Source: a virus (Duplodnaviria > Caudoviricetes). Taken from it: 60,479 nt of DNA. Positions 27,212 to 35,149 of this stretch are shown here, piece by piece (positions within the stretch are counted from its first letter, which is position 1; every line of letters begins with the position of its first letter). A model generated the notes under the pieces. It had not been told where the DNA came from. It ran no database searches and saw only the letters and a list, made by a program, of their open reading frames with translations. The stretch lies in IMG/VR virus record IMGVR_UViG_3300036781_000392, positions 1 through 60,479 of that record; one strand, given 5' to 3'. Made by a program: the position numbers and the translations under genes.

Positions 27212-27340
27212 TCTCAATGTGGAAGGGGCGGAGTCCACAACCCGTCCACAATGACCGACCCAGTGGACGCTCAACCGATGGAGTGAAGTAGCTCGATGGC
27301 CATTCCATCTACATGGGCGCTGTCATATGGTCTTGATCAT

Positions 27341-27600
27341 CGGGGAGGGCGCGCCGTGTGGGTGCAGTCCCTGAGGCATCCCCCATGCCGAGACCGGTGG
27401 GGAAAGGAAAAGGCGGGCTCAACTGCCCGCCGGTGGAGCCCGACTCCACCGGAGACGCCCCGGCCGGACAACGCGGCCGGGGCGTCCTTTACGTGCAACG
27501 TAGACCGCCCCGCACCGGTTCAGGTGCGAGGCGGGACGCCCGGCCGAAGCCTGGCGTCTTGTGGCCGGATCGCCGAGGCATCGGGACGATCGCGGCCACG
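27341..27600 (+). ncRNA. Candidate structured ncRNA (tandem hairpins); strand tentative
   Basis: About eight consecutive stems with almost no spacer and no convincing ORF. Confidence 0.4.
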
Positions 27601-27669
27601 AATAGAAGATCACAAAATGCATGTCTACGTAGGCTGACTCATGATCACGCGGGCATCAGGTTTTGTCGA

Positions 27670-27906
27670 GTGCCCCGCGACTCCGATCCCGACTGGATTC
27701 TCGATAGCCGTCGAGCTATCGGTGAGCGGGTTCGTGACGGGCGCATGCACGCCAACCTCACGCAGGAGAAGCTCGAAGAGCTCGCCGGCGTAACTCGCCT
27801 GACGATCCAGAACATCGAGTCTGGCGTCACCGACGCCCGCATCTCTTGGCTCCTGCGCATCGCCCGCGTTCTGGGCGTCCCCATCGAGCGTCTCCTGACG
27901 GGCTAA
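27670..27906 (+). CDS. XRE-family HTH regulator
   Basis: 'LTQEKLEELAGVTRLTIQNIESG'. Confidence 0.85.
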   Translation: MPRDSDPDWILDSRRAIGERVRDGRMHANLTQEKLEELAGVTRLTIQNIESGVTDARISWLLRIARVLGVPIERLLTG

Positions 27907-27916
27907 GGCCGAAGGG

Positions 27917-28126
27917 TCACGCGTCCTTCGCGTCGCGCCACGCCTGCTTGAGCTCGGCGGCGGTCTGGCAGTCGACGCCGTCGACGCGGCAGCTGCCGCA
28001 GTCGGCGGTGTGCGCGAGGTAGGCCCGCCAGGCGGCGTCGACGCGCATCTGGCCTGTGAGGACGACGGCTTGGATGTGCCCTGACCTGCTTCCGTCGTCG
28101 CGCCACTGGCCCGTAGTCTCGCTCAC
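27917..28126 (-). CDS. Small Cys-motif hypothetical protein
   Basis: GGAGG RBS, H..DC.SC....C. Confidence 0.7.
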   Translation of the reverse strand: MSETTGQWRDDGSRSGHIQAVVLTGQMRVDAAWRAYLAHTADCGSCRVDGVDCQTAAELKQAWRDAKDA

Positions 28127-28207
28127 GGCTGCCCGCCTCCCGGGTGGTCCACGCCCCCGGCCGGTCGCACGGCGCGGGGGTCTTCATGGTCACTGAGCGT
28201 ACCGCCC

Positions 28208-28238
28208 TATGGAGCTGTGTAGAGCTGTATGGAGCTGT
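28208..28238. promoter_or_regulatory. Three tandem 10-bp repeats, candidate GntR operator
   Basis: TATGGAGCTG-TGTAGAGCTG-TATGGAGCTG between divergent genes. Confidence 0.55.
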
Positions 28239-28279
28239 CCGGATCTGCGGGGTGCTGCACTGCATGTGACGGTCTGGGT

Positions 28280-28543
28280 ATGCCCGACGATGACCAGGAG
28301 AGTCCCTTCGAGCTGAGCTCGCACGTACCGGTGTATGTGCAGCTGGCCGATGCGATGCAGGCGCAGATGGAGGCCGGCGAGCTGAGCGTCGGGGCCCGGC
28401 TGCCTGGCGAGCGGGACCTGGCGCAGGAGTATCACGTGGCGCTCGGTACGGCCCGTCGTGCGGTGCAGGAACTCCGGGACCGCGAACTCGTAGTCACCAC
28501 GCACGGGAAGGGCACGTTCGTGCTGGAGCGTCCCGGGTCCTGA
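28280..28543 (+). CDS. Stand-alone GntR wHTH regulator
   Basis: 'PVYVQLAD...RLPGERDLA...TARRA...GKGTFV'. Confidence 0.9.
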   Translation: MPDDDQESPFELSSHVPVYVQLADAMQAQMEAGELSVGARLPGERDLAQEYHVALGTARRAVQELRDRELVVTTHGKGTFVLERPGS

Positions 28544-28575
28544 CGCGTGTCAGTCCGCCGCCCTATTCTTGATCC

Positions 28576-28746
28576 ATGCCCCCCACCACCCCTTCGCCTC
28601 GGTCTGCTGCGACCGTGAACGCGGAGATCCGCGAGCTCATGGCGCGCGCCCGCGGGGTGATGACGGCGGCGGAGGCGGCCCGGTATCAGCAGCTGCTCGG
28701 TGAGTGGGAGGCGGCGGTCCGCCGGGAGCAGGGGCTGGCCGCTTAG
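28576..28746 (+). CDS. Hypothetical protein
   Basis: 'RSAATVNAEIRELM...YQQLLGEW'; below ORF-track cutoff. Confidence 0.55.
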   Translation: MPPTTPSPRSAATVNAEIRELMARARGVMTAAEAARYQQLLGEWEAAVRREQGLAA

Positions 28747-28755
28747 GATCCGGCC

Positions 28756-28958
28756 GTGGCTATCGAACTCTCTGACGAACTGATCGAGCTGAACGCAAGG
28801 CCTGGGCTGAGCTGCAGGATCGCGCCCTGACTGTGGAGACGGCGGAGGCTGTGCAGACTGCGGTTACGGCGCACGCGGAGGCGACCGGGCAGGGGCGGTT
28901 CGAGGTCGAACAGGCGCTCAAGCGGATCGTGCGACACCCGGAGCCGGAAGAGAGCTAG
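28756..28958 (+). pseudogene. Small protein with a probable 1-bp deletion
   Basis: MAIELSDELIEL then frame shift near 28791 to ERKAWAELQDRALTVETAEAVQ...RHPEPEES*; span is 203 nt. Confidence 0.55.
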
Positions 28959-28967
28959 GAGGCACGA

Positions 28968-29180
28968 TCAGGTCGTCTGCGGCTTGTCCAACGATGTGGG
29001 GTTTGTTGCCTGCACCTCGACTGCCAGCTTCTGGAGCTTTCCGCCGAAGCTCACGGTCCCCTCGACGATCTCCTGGCCGGCAGCACCAGACCGCTTTGCG
29101 TCATGAACGAACGCGGCCAGGTCGTCAAGCGTCATGAACGCCTTCTTCGGCGCAACGTGTTCGATCTTCTTCAAGGCCAT
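28968..29180 (-). CDS. Hypothetical protein
   Basis: Strong RBS GGAGGGGG. Confidence 0.65.
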   Translation of the reverse strand: MALKKIEHVAPKKAFMTLDDLAAFVHDAKRSGAAGQEIVEGTVSFGGKLQKLAVEVQATNPTSLDKPQTT

Positions 29181-29391
29181 GTCGTCCCCCTCCGGTGAGC
29201 CCCGCCCGGTGCTGTGCGGACGGGGCTGCTTCCCGCGTTCCCCGGCTTAGTTGTCGGGATGATGCGGCCAGCGTACCGAGCGGGGATGACAGCGGCGGGC
29301 ATGCAGAAGCCCCGCCGAACGGGGGCGCAAGGCGGGGCTAGGACCACCCTGGGAGGACGACGTCCTCGAGGGCGCGCGGCGCACCGCCGCC

Positions 29392-29412
29392 TACACTCGT
29401 ACACATGTCCGA
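29392..29412 (+). promoter_or_regulatory. -10 box overlapped by a LexA/SOS-like box
   Basis: TACACT plus TCGTAC-ACAT-GTCCGA (consensus TCGAAC-N4-GTTCGA) over a leaderless ATG. Confidence 0.6.
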
Positions 29413-29707
29413 ACCGCCACTCTCGCCCACCTGGGACGAGCCCGAGCAGGCCAGACCGTGGCGCCCGGAGGACGGGCCGGAACCGCGGATGACCCTGTAC
29501 CCGCACGGAAAGCGCCCCAGGCTGTTGGCCCTCGTCAACGGCAGGTGGCTCCCCATGTCGGTGGAGATGCGGGAGGACCGGCCCGACGGCCGCGTCGCCT
29601 ACCACGGCGTCATCGCCCTGCCCGACCCCCACGACCCCCACCACAGGGGCGGCTACGAGCGGGCCTACCTGTGGCCGCAGCCAGGGAAGCTCCGGGCCGT
29701 GCGGTGA
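29405..29707 (+). CDS. Hypothetical protein, possibly SOS-inducible
   Basis: 100-aa ORF, GC3 bias. Confidence 0.7.
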   Translation: MSEPPLSPTWDEPEQARPWRPEDGPEPRMTLYPHGKRPRLLALVNGRWLPMSVEMREDRPDGRVAYHGVIALPDPHDPHHRGGYERAYLWPQPGKLRAVR

Positions 29708-29740
29708 ACGCACGAACGCCCGCCCCTGAAGGACGGCCGG

Positions 29741-29816
29741 TTTGCGGGGCCGGAGTCGAACCGGCGTCTGTGTCGGAGTTGAGTCGACGGCTCTGTACCC
29801 GTTGAGCTACCCGCCT
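29741..29816 (-). tRNA. Degenerate tRNA-like gene (apparent anticodon CAA)
   Basis: TAGCTCA D-arm and GCCGG-TTCGACT-CCGGC T-arm; only 5-bp acceptor stem, 4-bp anticodon stem, no CCA. Confidence 0.55.
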
Positions 29817-29858
29817 GTATGCCAGTCTCCCACGCGATGACCAGCGCATAACGTTCCC

Positions 29859-30188
29859 TTACCTGCTCCCGCGACGGCGCAAGGCCTCTTGGAGGATGAG
29901 CAGTTCCCTGTTGGCGTGCCAGAGATCCCTTCTCTGCTCTCGTGTGAGGTGGGTCGGCAGTGTGTCCACGACCTTCCATGCCACTCGCCGGAGTTCGCGG
30001 GCGAGTGGAAGGTCCTCATGCCGCAAGGCGACGCGGATCGCTTTGAGGCTGGCGTCGATCTGATTCAGGGCGTCCCGCTGGATCTTCGGGAGCTTCTTGC
30101 GGGGCGTGAGAGCGAACCGGGCTCGTCGCTCATCCGGGGATGGCCCACCTGTCACGAAGTGCACGCGCGGTCGATCCCTGTGCGTCAT
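29859..30188 (-). CDS. Hypothetical protein
   Basis: TGATG-coupled to the recombinase. Confidence 0.6.
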   Translation of the reverse strand: MTHRDRPRVHFVTGGPSPDERRARFALTPRKKLPKIQRDALNQIDASLKAIRVALRHEDLPLARELRRVAWKVVDTLPTHLTREQRRDLWHANRELLILQEALRRRGSR

Positions 30189-31225
30189 CAGGTGGCCGCC
30201 TCTCCTTCGCGCTCCATCCGCTCTGCGAGCCGTGCGGCGAGCGCGTAGGCGGGGTGGTTGTCGAGCTGTCGGCGGCGCCGGTTGTACCGCTGGGTGGTGC
30301 GCGGGTCGGAGTGGCTGACGGCGTCCTGGACGTCCTGGAGCGGGACGCCGCCCGCGAGGTTGTCGGTGATGAACTGGTGCCGCAGGGTGTGGGGTTTGAT
30401 GCTGGCGGCCTGCGGGATGCCTGCGCGGCGGGCGAGGACGCGCAGGTGCTTCCAGACTTCGGGTTGGGACCAGCGGCGCCCGGACTCGGTGACGAACAGA
30501 GGCCCGTCGGCCCGGTCGCCGAGGTAGGCGACGAGCGCGTCGAGGGCGAGCGGCGGTACGGGCGCGGGACGCTTCTTGCCGCCCTTCTGCGTGAGGGGCA
30601 GCGTGCGGTGGCCGCGGTCGTAGCCGAGCTGTCCGGCGTCGAGGGAGAGCAGTTCGTCGACGCGGGCGCCGGTGAGGTAGAGCAACGTGACGAGGGCGTA
30701 GGAGCGGGGTGCCCAGTCGCGCGCGGTCTCGATGAGCCGTGTCGTCTCGTCGTCCGTCATGCCCTCAGTCGGCGAGTAGTCGGGGTCGACGTAGGGCCGT
30801 AGGACGGCGGCGAACGGGTCCGCCTCGACGGCGCCGACGCGGGCCGCGTAGGTATAGAAGGACCCAGCGGCGGCGAGGGCTTGTGCCTGGGTGGTCTCTG
30901 CGGGTGGACGGCCGTTGCGGGTGGGTGTCTTGGCAATGTGCTTGGCGTAGGCGTCGGCGAGCGGCAGCTTCGCCTGCAGCAGGTGGATGCCGGTGCTGCG
31001 GGCGTACTCCTCCCAGCTGCGGAAGGTGCGCGCGTAGGCCCGGCGGGTGTGGCGGGACTTCTGGCGAGCGACCCAGCCTCCGGCGAGGGTGGGCAGCGGG
31101 TCGCGGTCGCCGTAGATGGCCGTGAGGTGGTCGGCGAGGGCGCGGGCTTCGTCGGGCCAGTCGTCGCGGGGGTCGTGCCGGTCGGTCGACAGTTCCGCCG
31201 ACGGTCGAGGGACGAGGGCGGTCAC
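30188..31225 (-). CDS. XerC/D-like tyrosine recombinase (resolvase type)
   Basis: TGARVDEL, KGGK, PHTLRH, SHSDPRTTQRY; no arm-binding domain. Confidence 0.92.
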   Translation of the reverse strand: MTALVPRPSAELSTDRHDPRDDWPDEARALADHLTAIYGDRDPLPTLAGGWVARQKSRHTRRAYARTFRSWEEYARSTGIHLLQAKLPLADAYAKHIAKTPTRNGRPPAETTQAQALAAAGSFYTYAARVGAVEADPFAAVLRPYVDPDYSPTEGMTDDETTRLIETARDWAPRSYALVTLLYLTGARVDELLSLDAGQLGYDRGHRTLPLTQKGGKKRPAPVPPLALDALVAYLGDRADGPLFVTESGRRWSQPEVWKHLRVLARRAGIPQAASIKPHTLRHQFITDNLAGGVPLQDVQDAVSHSDPRTTQRYNRRRRQLDNHPAYALAARLAERMEREGEAAT

Positions 31226-31491
31226 CGGCTTCGCTTCCGCTGGACCTCCATGGCGGCGAGACCGCAAACGAAGAGGGGGCCAGTAGCGACCGTCACCGCA
31301 AGAGGTCCGTCGAAGAGTGACACGAGCAGGCAAGCAAGCGCCAGTAGCAGCAGTGCCCCATGCCCAAGGAGACGGCGCTTCAACTGGCGGCCACCCCGTC
31401 GCTGCCGTCGGCCGATCTCCTCGCTGATCTTTCGGCGCATCTCTTCCGGGCTGGCTTGCACGGCAACCTCCAAGGCTAGGATAACTGTCAT
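31222..31491 (-). CDS. Two-TM membrane protein (start uncertain)
   Basis: Hydrophobic C-terminal half, lower GC, GTGA overlap with the recombinase. Confidence 0.45.
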   Translation of the reverse strand: MTVILALEVAVQASPEEMRRKISEEIGRRQRRGGRQLKRRLLGHGALLLLALACLLVSLFDGPLAVTVATGPLFVCGLAAMEVQRKRSR

Positions 31492-31501
31492 TATCAACCA
31501 C
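31474..31501. other. dif-like candidate recombination site
   Basis: GGCTAGGATAA-CTGTCA-TTATCAACCAC (ATAA-N6-TTAT core). Confidence 0.45.
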
Positions 31502-31572
31502 TCAGTTGCGTGATCGCCAGGGCTTCTCAGCCTTGCTACGTGTGAGTTATCGAGAGTCATCGCTCGCGACAG

Positions 31573-31635
31573 GTGCCCTGACAGAACGTCGCCCCAGCCA
31601 TCCGAAGTGGCTGGGGCGACGTTCTGTCAGGGCAC
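31573..31635. repeat. Perfect 28-bp inverted repeat with 7-nt loop
   Basis: GTGCCCTGACAGAACGTCGCCCCAGCCA and its exact reverse complement. Confidence 0.85.
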
Positions 31636-31637
31636 AT

Positions 31638-31871
31638 TCAGCGAGCCCAACTTCCGTCGGCGCACTGCTGAGTCACATACATCTCGAACGGCCCACAGCA
31701 CCATGCCGGGTCCGCGGTCGGGTCAACGCCGACCAGCGCCCCGAAGGCCGCGGTTTGCTTCACCTCTGCGGGGACGGGGCGCGCATCCTCAGTCCACAGC
31801 ACATCGATCCGATCGCCGACTTTCAGGCCGCGGAAGTGCGCCACCGGACTCAGGTCGGGAAGCCCGCTCAC
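31638..31871 (-). CDS. Hypothetical protein
   Basis: GTGA coupling, RBS. Confidence 0.55.
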   Translation of the reverse strand: MSGLPDLSPVAHFRGLKVGDRIDVLWTEDARPVPAEVKQTAAFGALVGVDPTADPAWCCGPFEMYVTQQCADGSWAR

Positions 31872-32131
31872 GCATGCCCCTCTTCTGTGAGGAGTAGCGA
31901 CATCCGCCACCCAGTTTTGTAGGCGTCCGACTGTCGATCGACCTCCTGGCCATCCACGGCGCCGGACAGGAGCCCCGCAGTGAGGTTCGCCAGCCATGGG
32001 GCGCGGTCCGGAGCCGGCATGCCGTGCAGCAGTGCAAGGAGTGGTGCGCGCAGGGCGAGCGCCGCCGCCCGGTCGATGTCGTCGTAGCCGCCGCCGCTGT
32101 ACGAGCTGAGCGGCCTGATGTCTCGGGGCAT
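31868..32131 (-). CDS. Hypothetical protein
   Basis: AAGGAGAG RBS. Confidence 0.6.
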   Translation of the reverse strand: MPRDIRPLSSYSGGGYDDIDRAAALALRAPLLALLHGMPAPDRAPWLANLTAGLLSGAVDGQEVDRQSDAYKTGWRMSLLLTEEGHA

Positions 32132-32147
32132 GGTCTCTCCTTGCTGG

Positions 32148-32318
32148 TCAGGGGCAGAGGGGGCAGGATGCGGTGAGCGGATAGCGGTGCTCGCAGTAGG
32201 AGAGACTGGCGGCCCTGCGGCCAGGGCCCGCGATGTAGTAGCGGGGGTATCGCTGCACATCCGCCAGAGTGACCTTGCCCGGAGCCTTGGGCTGCGCAGG
32301 GGCACGATCCGATGCCAT
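32148..32318 (-). CDS. Small Cys-rich hypothetical protein
   Basis: AGGAGG RBS; 'CEH.Y.LT.SCPLC'. Confidence 0.55.
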   Translation of the reverse strand: MASDRAPAQPKAPGKVTLADVQRYPRYYIAGPGRRAASLSYCEHRYPLTASCPLCP

Positions 32319-32362
32319 GCGAGTTCCTCCTTTTTAATGTGGGCCTTCCCGATGACTCCAAC

Positions 32363-32426
32363 TTAGTGGGTACCCATCAATTTGGTCAAGTGGGTACCCA
32401 TTAAGTTTCTGACGGGTACCCACTAA
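32363..32426. promoter_or_regulatory. Three palindromic GGGTACCC operators in a divergent promoter
   Basis: TGGGTACCCA x2 and CGGGTACCCA; TAAACT -10 just before leaderless ATG 32436. Confidence 0.7.
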
Positions 32427-32435
32427 ACTCGCCGC

Positions 32436-32711
32436 ATGGAGACTCCACCCGAACCGTTCGCCAGTCTCGCCGAGCTCGTCGAAGGACCCGAGACAATCGA
32501 GCAGGCCAAGGCGCTCACCGAAGCGCTAAACGCCGCGCCGAACCTGCAGAGTTGGCTGCGAGAACAGCGCCAACGCGTCGTGCGCACGCTGCATGAGCGA
32601 GACGGGATGAGCTACACCGAGATGGCGCCCCAACTCGGCGTGAAGCCGGAACGGGTGTCGGGGATCGCCCGCGGGCACGCCAGGTCTCCGAGGAGGGGAA
32701 CCAACGAGTAG
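32436..32711 (+). CDS. HTH DNA-binding protein
   Basis: 'GMSYTEMAPQLGVKPERVSGIARG'. Confidence 0.8.
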   Translation: METPPEPFASLAELVEGPETIEQAKALTEALNAAPNLQSWLREQRQRVVRTLHERDGMSYTEMAPQLGVKPERVSGIARGHARSPRRGTNE

Positions 32712-32729
32712 GCGAGCCTCTGGCAAGAA

Positions 32730-32771
32730 GAAGCCCCCACCGCCGCCATGAAGGCGGACGGTGGGGGCTTC
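32730..32771. terminator. Bidirectional terminator ending the late operon
   Basis: GAAGCCCCCACCG...CGGTGGGGGCTTC. Confidence 0.75.
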
Positions 32772-32777
32772 GCTTCG

Positions 32778-32942
32778 TCAGGAGCCATCCTGCGGTGGAT
32801 CATCGTGTGCCGGATCGGGTTCTGGTGGCTCCGGCTGCTCGGGTGCGAGGCCGAGCTCGACCATCGTGCCCAGGTCGGCGGCGGCCGGGTCGATGCGCGG
32901 CTGCGCGGGGACCGGTGCGGGCTGGTCGGGTGGCTGCGTCAC
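32778..32942 (-). CDS. Small Pro-rich protein
   Basis: GAGGAGG RBS, last gene of the late operon. Confidence 0.5.
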   Translation of the reverse strand: MTQPPDQPAPVPAQPRIDPAAADLGTMVELGLAPEQPEPPEPDPAHDDPPQDGS

Positions 32943-32953
32943 GGGCGTCCTCC

Positions 32954-33610
32954 TCACGGGTATTGGCGGCGGGTGGGGTCGAGGCCGATCGCCTGTGGCG
33001 TGGTGCCGTTGCCGTCAGTGGGCGCCGAGTCGCGGCGGCATTCGAGGGCGTCCGGGTCGCTGGGTGGGGGCTGGAGGCTGTAGCCGTCCGGGCAGGACGG
33101 TCCGGCGGGTCCGGTGTCGCCCTTGTCGCCTTGGGGGCCTTGGGGCCCTGGGTCGCCCTGGGGGCCGGCCGGTCCCGGGTCGCCGGCGGGGCCCTGCTGT
33201 CCGGCTGCTCCGTCGACGCCTGGCGTGCCGGGTTCTCCAGACGGGCCTGTGCCGTCGCTGCCGTTCGCGCCGTTCTTGCCGTTGCTGCCGTCGGAGCCGT
33301 TGCTGCCCTTGCTCCCCTTCTGGCCGGGCGGGCCGCTGGGTCCTGGCGATCCGGACGGGCCGACAGGGCCGATGACGCCCTTGCCGGGTTCTCCGCGGGA
33401 TCCGGGTGGCCCTGCGACCGGCTTGCCTCCCAGCCGCTGTACCTGTGCGGCGAGTTGATCCCGGGCGGTGTTCGAGGCGCGTAGGTCGTGGGACAGGCCC
33501 TGCATGGTGATGACGACCCAGGCGAGCGCGGCCAGCGCGGCGGCCACGCCGAGGACGTACCAGATGTCCTTGCGGCGCTTGGCTTTGGCGGGCGAGACGT
33601 GAGAGCTCAC
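32954..33610 (-). CDS. Membrane-anchored collagen-like protein (lysis cassette)
   Basis: TM, coiled coil, long Gly-X-Y tract, CPDGY...C. Confidence 0.85.
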   Translation of the reverse strand: MSSHVSPAKAKRRKDIWYVLGVAAALAALAWVVITMQGLSHDLRASNTARDQLAAQVQRLGGKPVAGPPGSRGEPGKGVIGPVGPSGSPGPSGPPGQKGSKGSNGSDGSNGKNGANGSDGTGPSGEPGTPGVDGAAGQQGPAGDPGPAGPQGDPGPQGPQGDKGDTGPAGPSCPDGYSLQPPPSDPDALECRRDSAPTDGNGTTPQAIGLDPTRRQYP

Positions 33611-33921
33611 GCGCTCGCCCCCCTGGTAGAGAGGTACACCTGCAGCAGCACGATCAGGACGGGCACGATCAGCGCGCTGAAGATGAGGCGCCGGTCCGCT
33701 GCTCGCTGCTGCTCTTTCTCCTTGGCCGCTTCCTCGAGGCCCTTCACGCGCTCGGTGAGCGCGGTGACGGTGCTGTCGCGGGCGACCTGCTCGAGCTGGT
33801 AGCGCTCGAGGGAGACCTTGCTGTCGAGCCGTACCCCCAGTTCCCTGAAGTCTTCCTTCAGGTCGAGGCGGACGTCTTCGAGGCGGCGCATGACCTCGCC
33901 GAGGGTCGGCTCGTCAGGCAC
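33607..33921 (-). CDS. Membrane protein (lysis cassette)
   Basis: Coiled coil plus C-terminal TM. Confidence 0.75.
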   Translation of the reverse strand: MPDEPTLGEVMRRLEDVRLDLKEDFRELGVRLDSKVSLERYQLEQVARDSTVTALTERVKGLEEAAKEKEQQRAADRRLIFSALIVPVLIVLLQVYLSTRGASA

Positions 33922-33938
33922 GTGCTGCTCCGATCAGG

Positions 33939-34262
33939 TCAGGCCGCGGCGGTCGCGGTCTTCTTCGTGCCGAGGGCCTGCGCCTTGGCGGATACGCCGG
34001 TGGGCTTCCACAGGCCGAAGTGGGTGAGCACGCCGGTGCCGAAGGTGACGAGGGCGAGGACTGCGGCGGTGCCCCAGCTCCAGTTGGAGCCGTGGTCGCC
34101 GAGCTCGACGAGGAAGCCGTTCAGGACGGACAGGGCGAGCAGGATGACGGCCTTGGTGCCGGCGCTGGTGACCTTCGTGGTGACGAGGCCGACGAGGACG
34201 GGCAGCACCACCGAGGTGAGCAGGCCGAGCCAGTAGGCGAGATCGAGGTGGAGTGTGGTCAT
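33939..34262 (-). CDS. Holin
   Basis: Three TM segments, 'LPVLVGLVT', 'HFGLWKPTGVS'; follows the endolysin. Confidence 0.8.
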   Translation of the reverse strand: MTTLHLDLAYWLGLLTSVVLPVLVGLVTTKVTSAGTKAVILLALSVLNGFLVELGDHGSNWSWGTAAVLALVTFGTGVLTHFGLWKPTGVSAKAQALGTKKTATAAA

Positions 34263-34279
34263 GACGGATCCGATCTGGG

Positions 34280-35149
34280 TCAGGACTTGGGCGGGATGAG
34301 GGAGGCGACGACTGCGGCGAGGTCGGCGAGGGCCTTGGTGAGGGTGTCGGTCTTCGCGGTGAGCGCGGTGAGGCTGTCCTCGATGCGCGCGGCCTGGTCG
34401 TGGACCTGCAGCGCGTCGTAGTGGGTGTGGGCGAGGTAGTAGCCCGCGCCGTGCTCGACGGGGTCGCCCTTGGCGTCCTTCTCGGACAGGCTCCCGATGT
34501 GCAGCAGGTTGCCGGTCAGGTCTTCGAGCATCTCGGTGTTGGATTCCACGTTGGGCTCCGGGGGTGTCGGAGGTGCGGGAGGAGTGGTGCCGGTCGCCCA
34601 CGTCTTCAGGGCGGCCTTGGTGGCGAAGTTCGCGACGTCGACGTCGGCTCCGCTGATGCCGTACTGGTGGAACGTCCACGGGTGGTCGATGGCCGGCTTC
34701 CCGGCCGCGTGGCTGGGGTCGGCGATCCACAGGCCGTCGCCGCAGTACGACGTGGTGTCGATGGTTTTCCAGTAGCTGACGTTGCAGTAAAGGACGGTGC
34801 GGTGCGTGGGTCGCAGCTTCTTTACGGCCTTGATGAAGGCGTCCTTCTCGGCGCAGGTGGGGTGCTTGCCGGTGGACGGGTCGGTCTCCCAGTCGCAGGC
34901 GAGGATGTCGCCGTCGACGCTGGCGCACTTCTCTACGAAGTACTCGGCCTGCGCCTGGATGTTGCCGGTGTGGACGAACGCGTAGAACCCGACGACGAGG
35001 CCAGCAGCACGCGCGGTCGACGCCTGTGACGCCATGTTCGGGTTGATGTACGAGGTGCCCTCAGTCGCCTTGATAAAGGTGAAGCTGAGCCCCGAGGTGG
35101 ACGGCTTCGCGGGCTGGTAACCGGCCCAGTCCTGGCCCTTGATGGTCAT
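34280..35149 (-). CDS. GH25 muramidase endolysin
   Basis: 'IKATEG', 'DWE', 'LWIA', 'WTFHQY', 'DVD'. Confidence 0.9.
   Translation of the reverse strand: MTIKGQDWAGYQPAKPSTSGLSFTFIKATEGTSYINPNMASQASTARAAGLVVGFYAFVHTGNIQAQAEYFVEKCASVDGDILACDWETDPSTGKHPTCAEKDAFIKAVKKLRPTHRTVLYCNVSYWKTIDTTSYCGDGLWIADPSHAAGKPAIDHPWTFHQYGISGADVDVANFATKAALKTWATGTTPPAPPTPPEPNVESNTEMLEDLTGNLLHIGSLSEKDAKGDPVEHGAGYYLAHTHYDALQVHDQAARIEDSLTALTAKTDTLTKALADLAAVVASLIPPKS

Larger units (their letters stand above)
26954..27250. other. attP with arm-type repeats
   Basis: GAGTCCACAwCCCGTCCAC at 26965-26983 and 27231-27249 flank the tRNA-derived core. Confidence 0.8.

Noticed and set aside
29741-29816. Suppressor tRNA reading through the MTase TAA, or a bldA-like tRNA
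   Set aside because: Apparent anticodon is CAA, not TTA or TAA, and the structure is defective
31573-31635. Protelomerase target of a linear plasmid prophage
   Set aside because: Has a 7-nt asymmetric loop, and neither recombinase looks like a protelomerase
33090-33420. GC-rich repetitive tract as a separate element
   Set aside because: Explained by Gly-X-Y collagen codons
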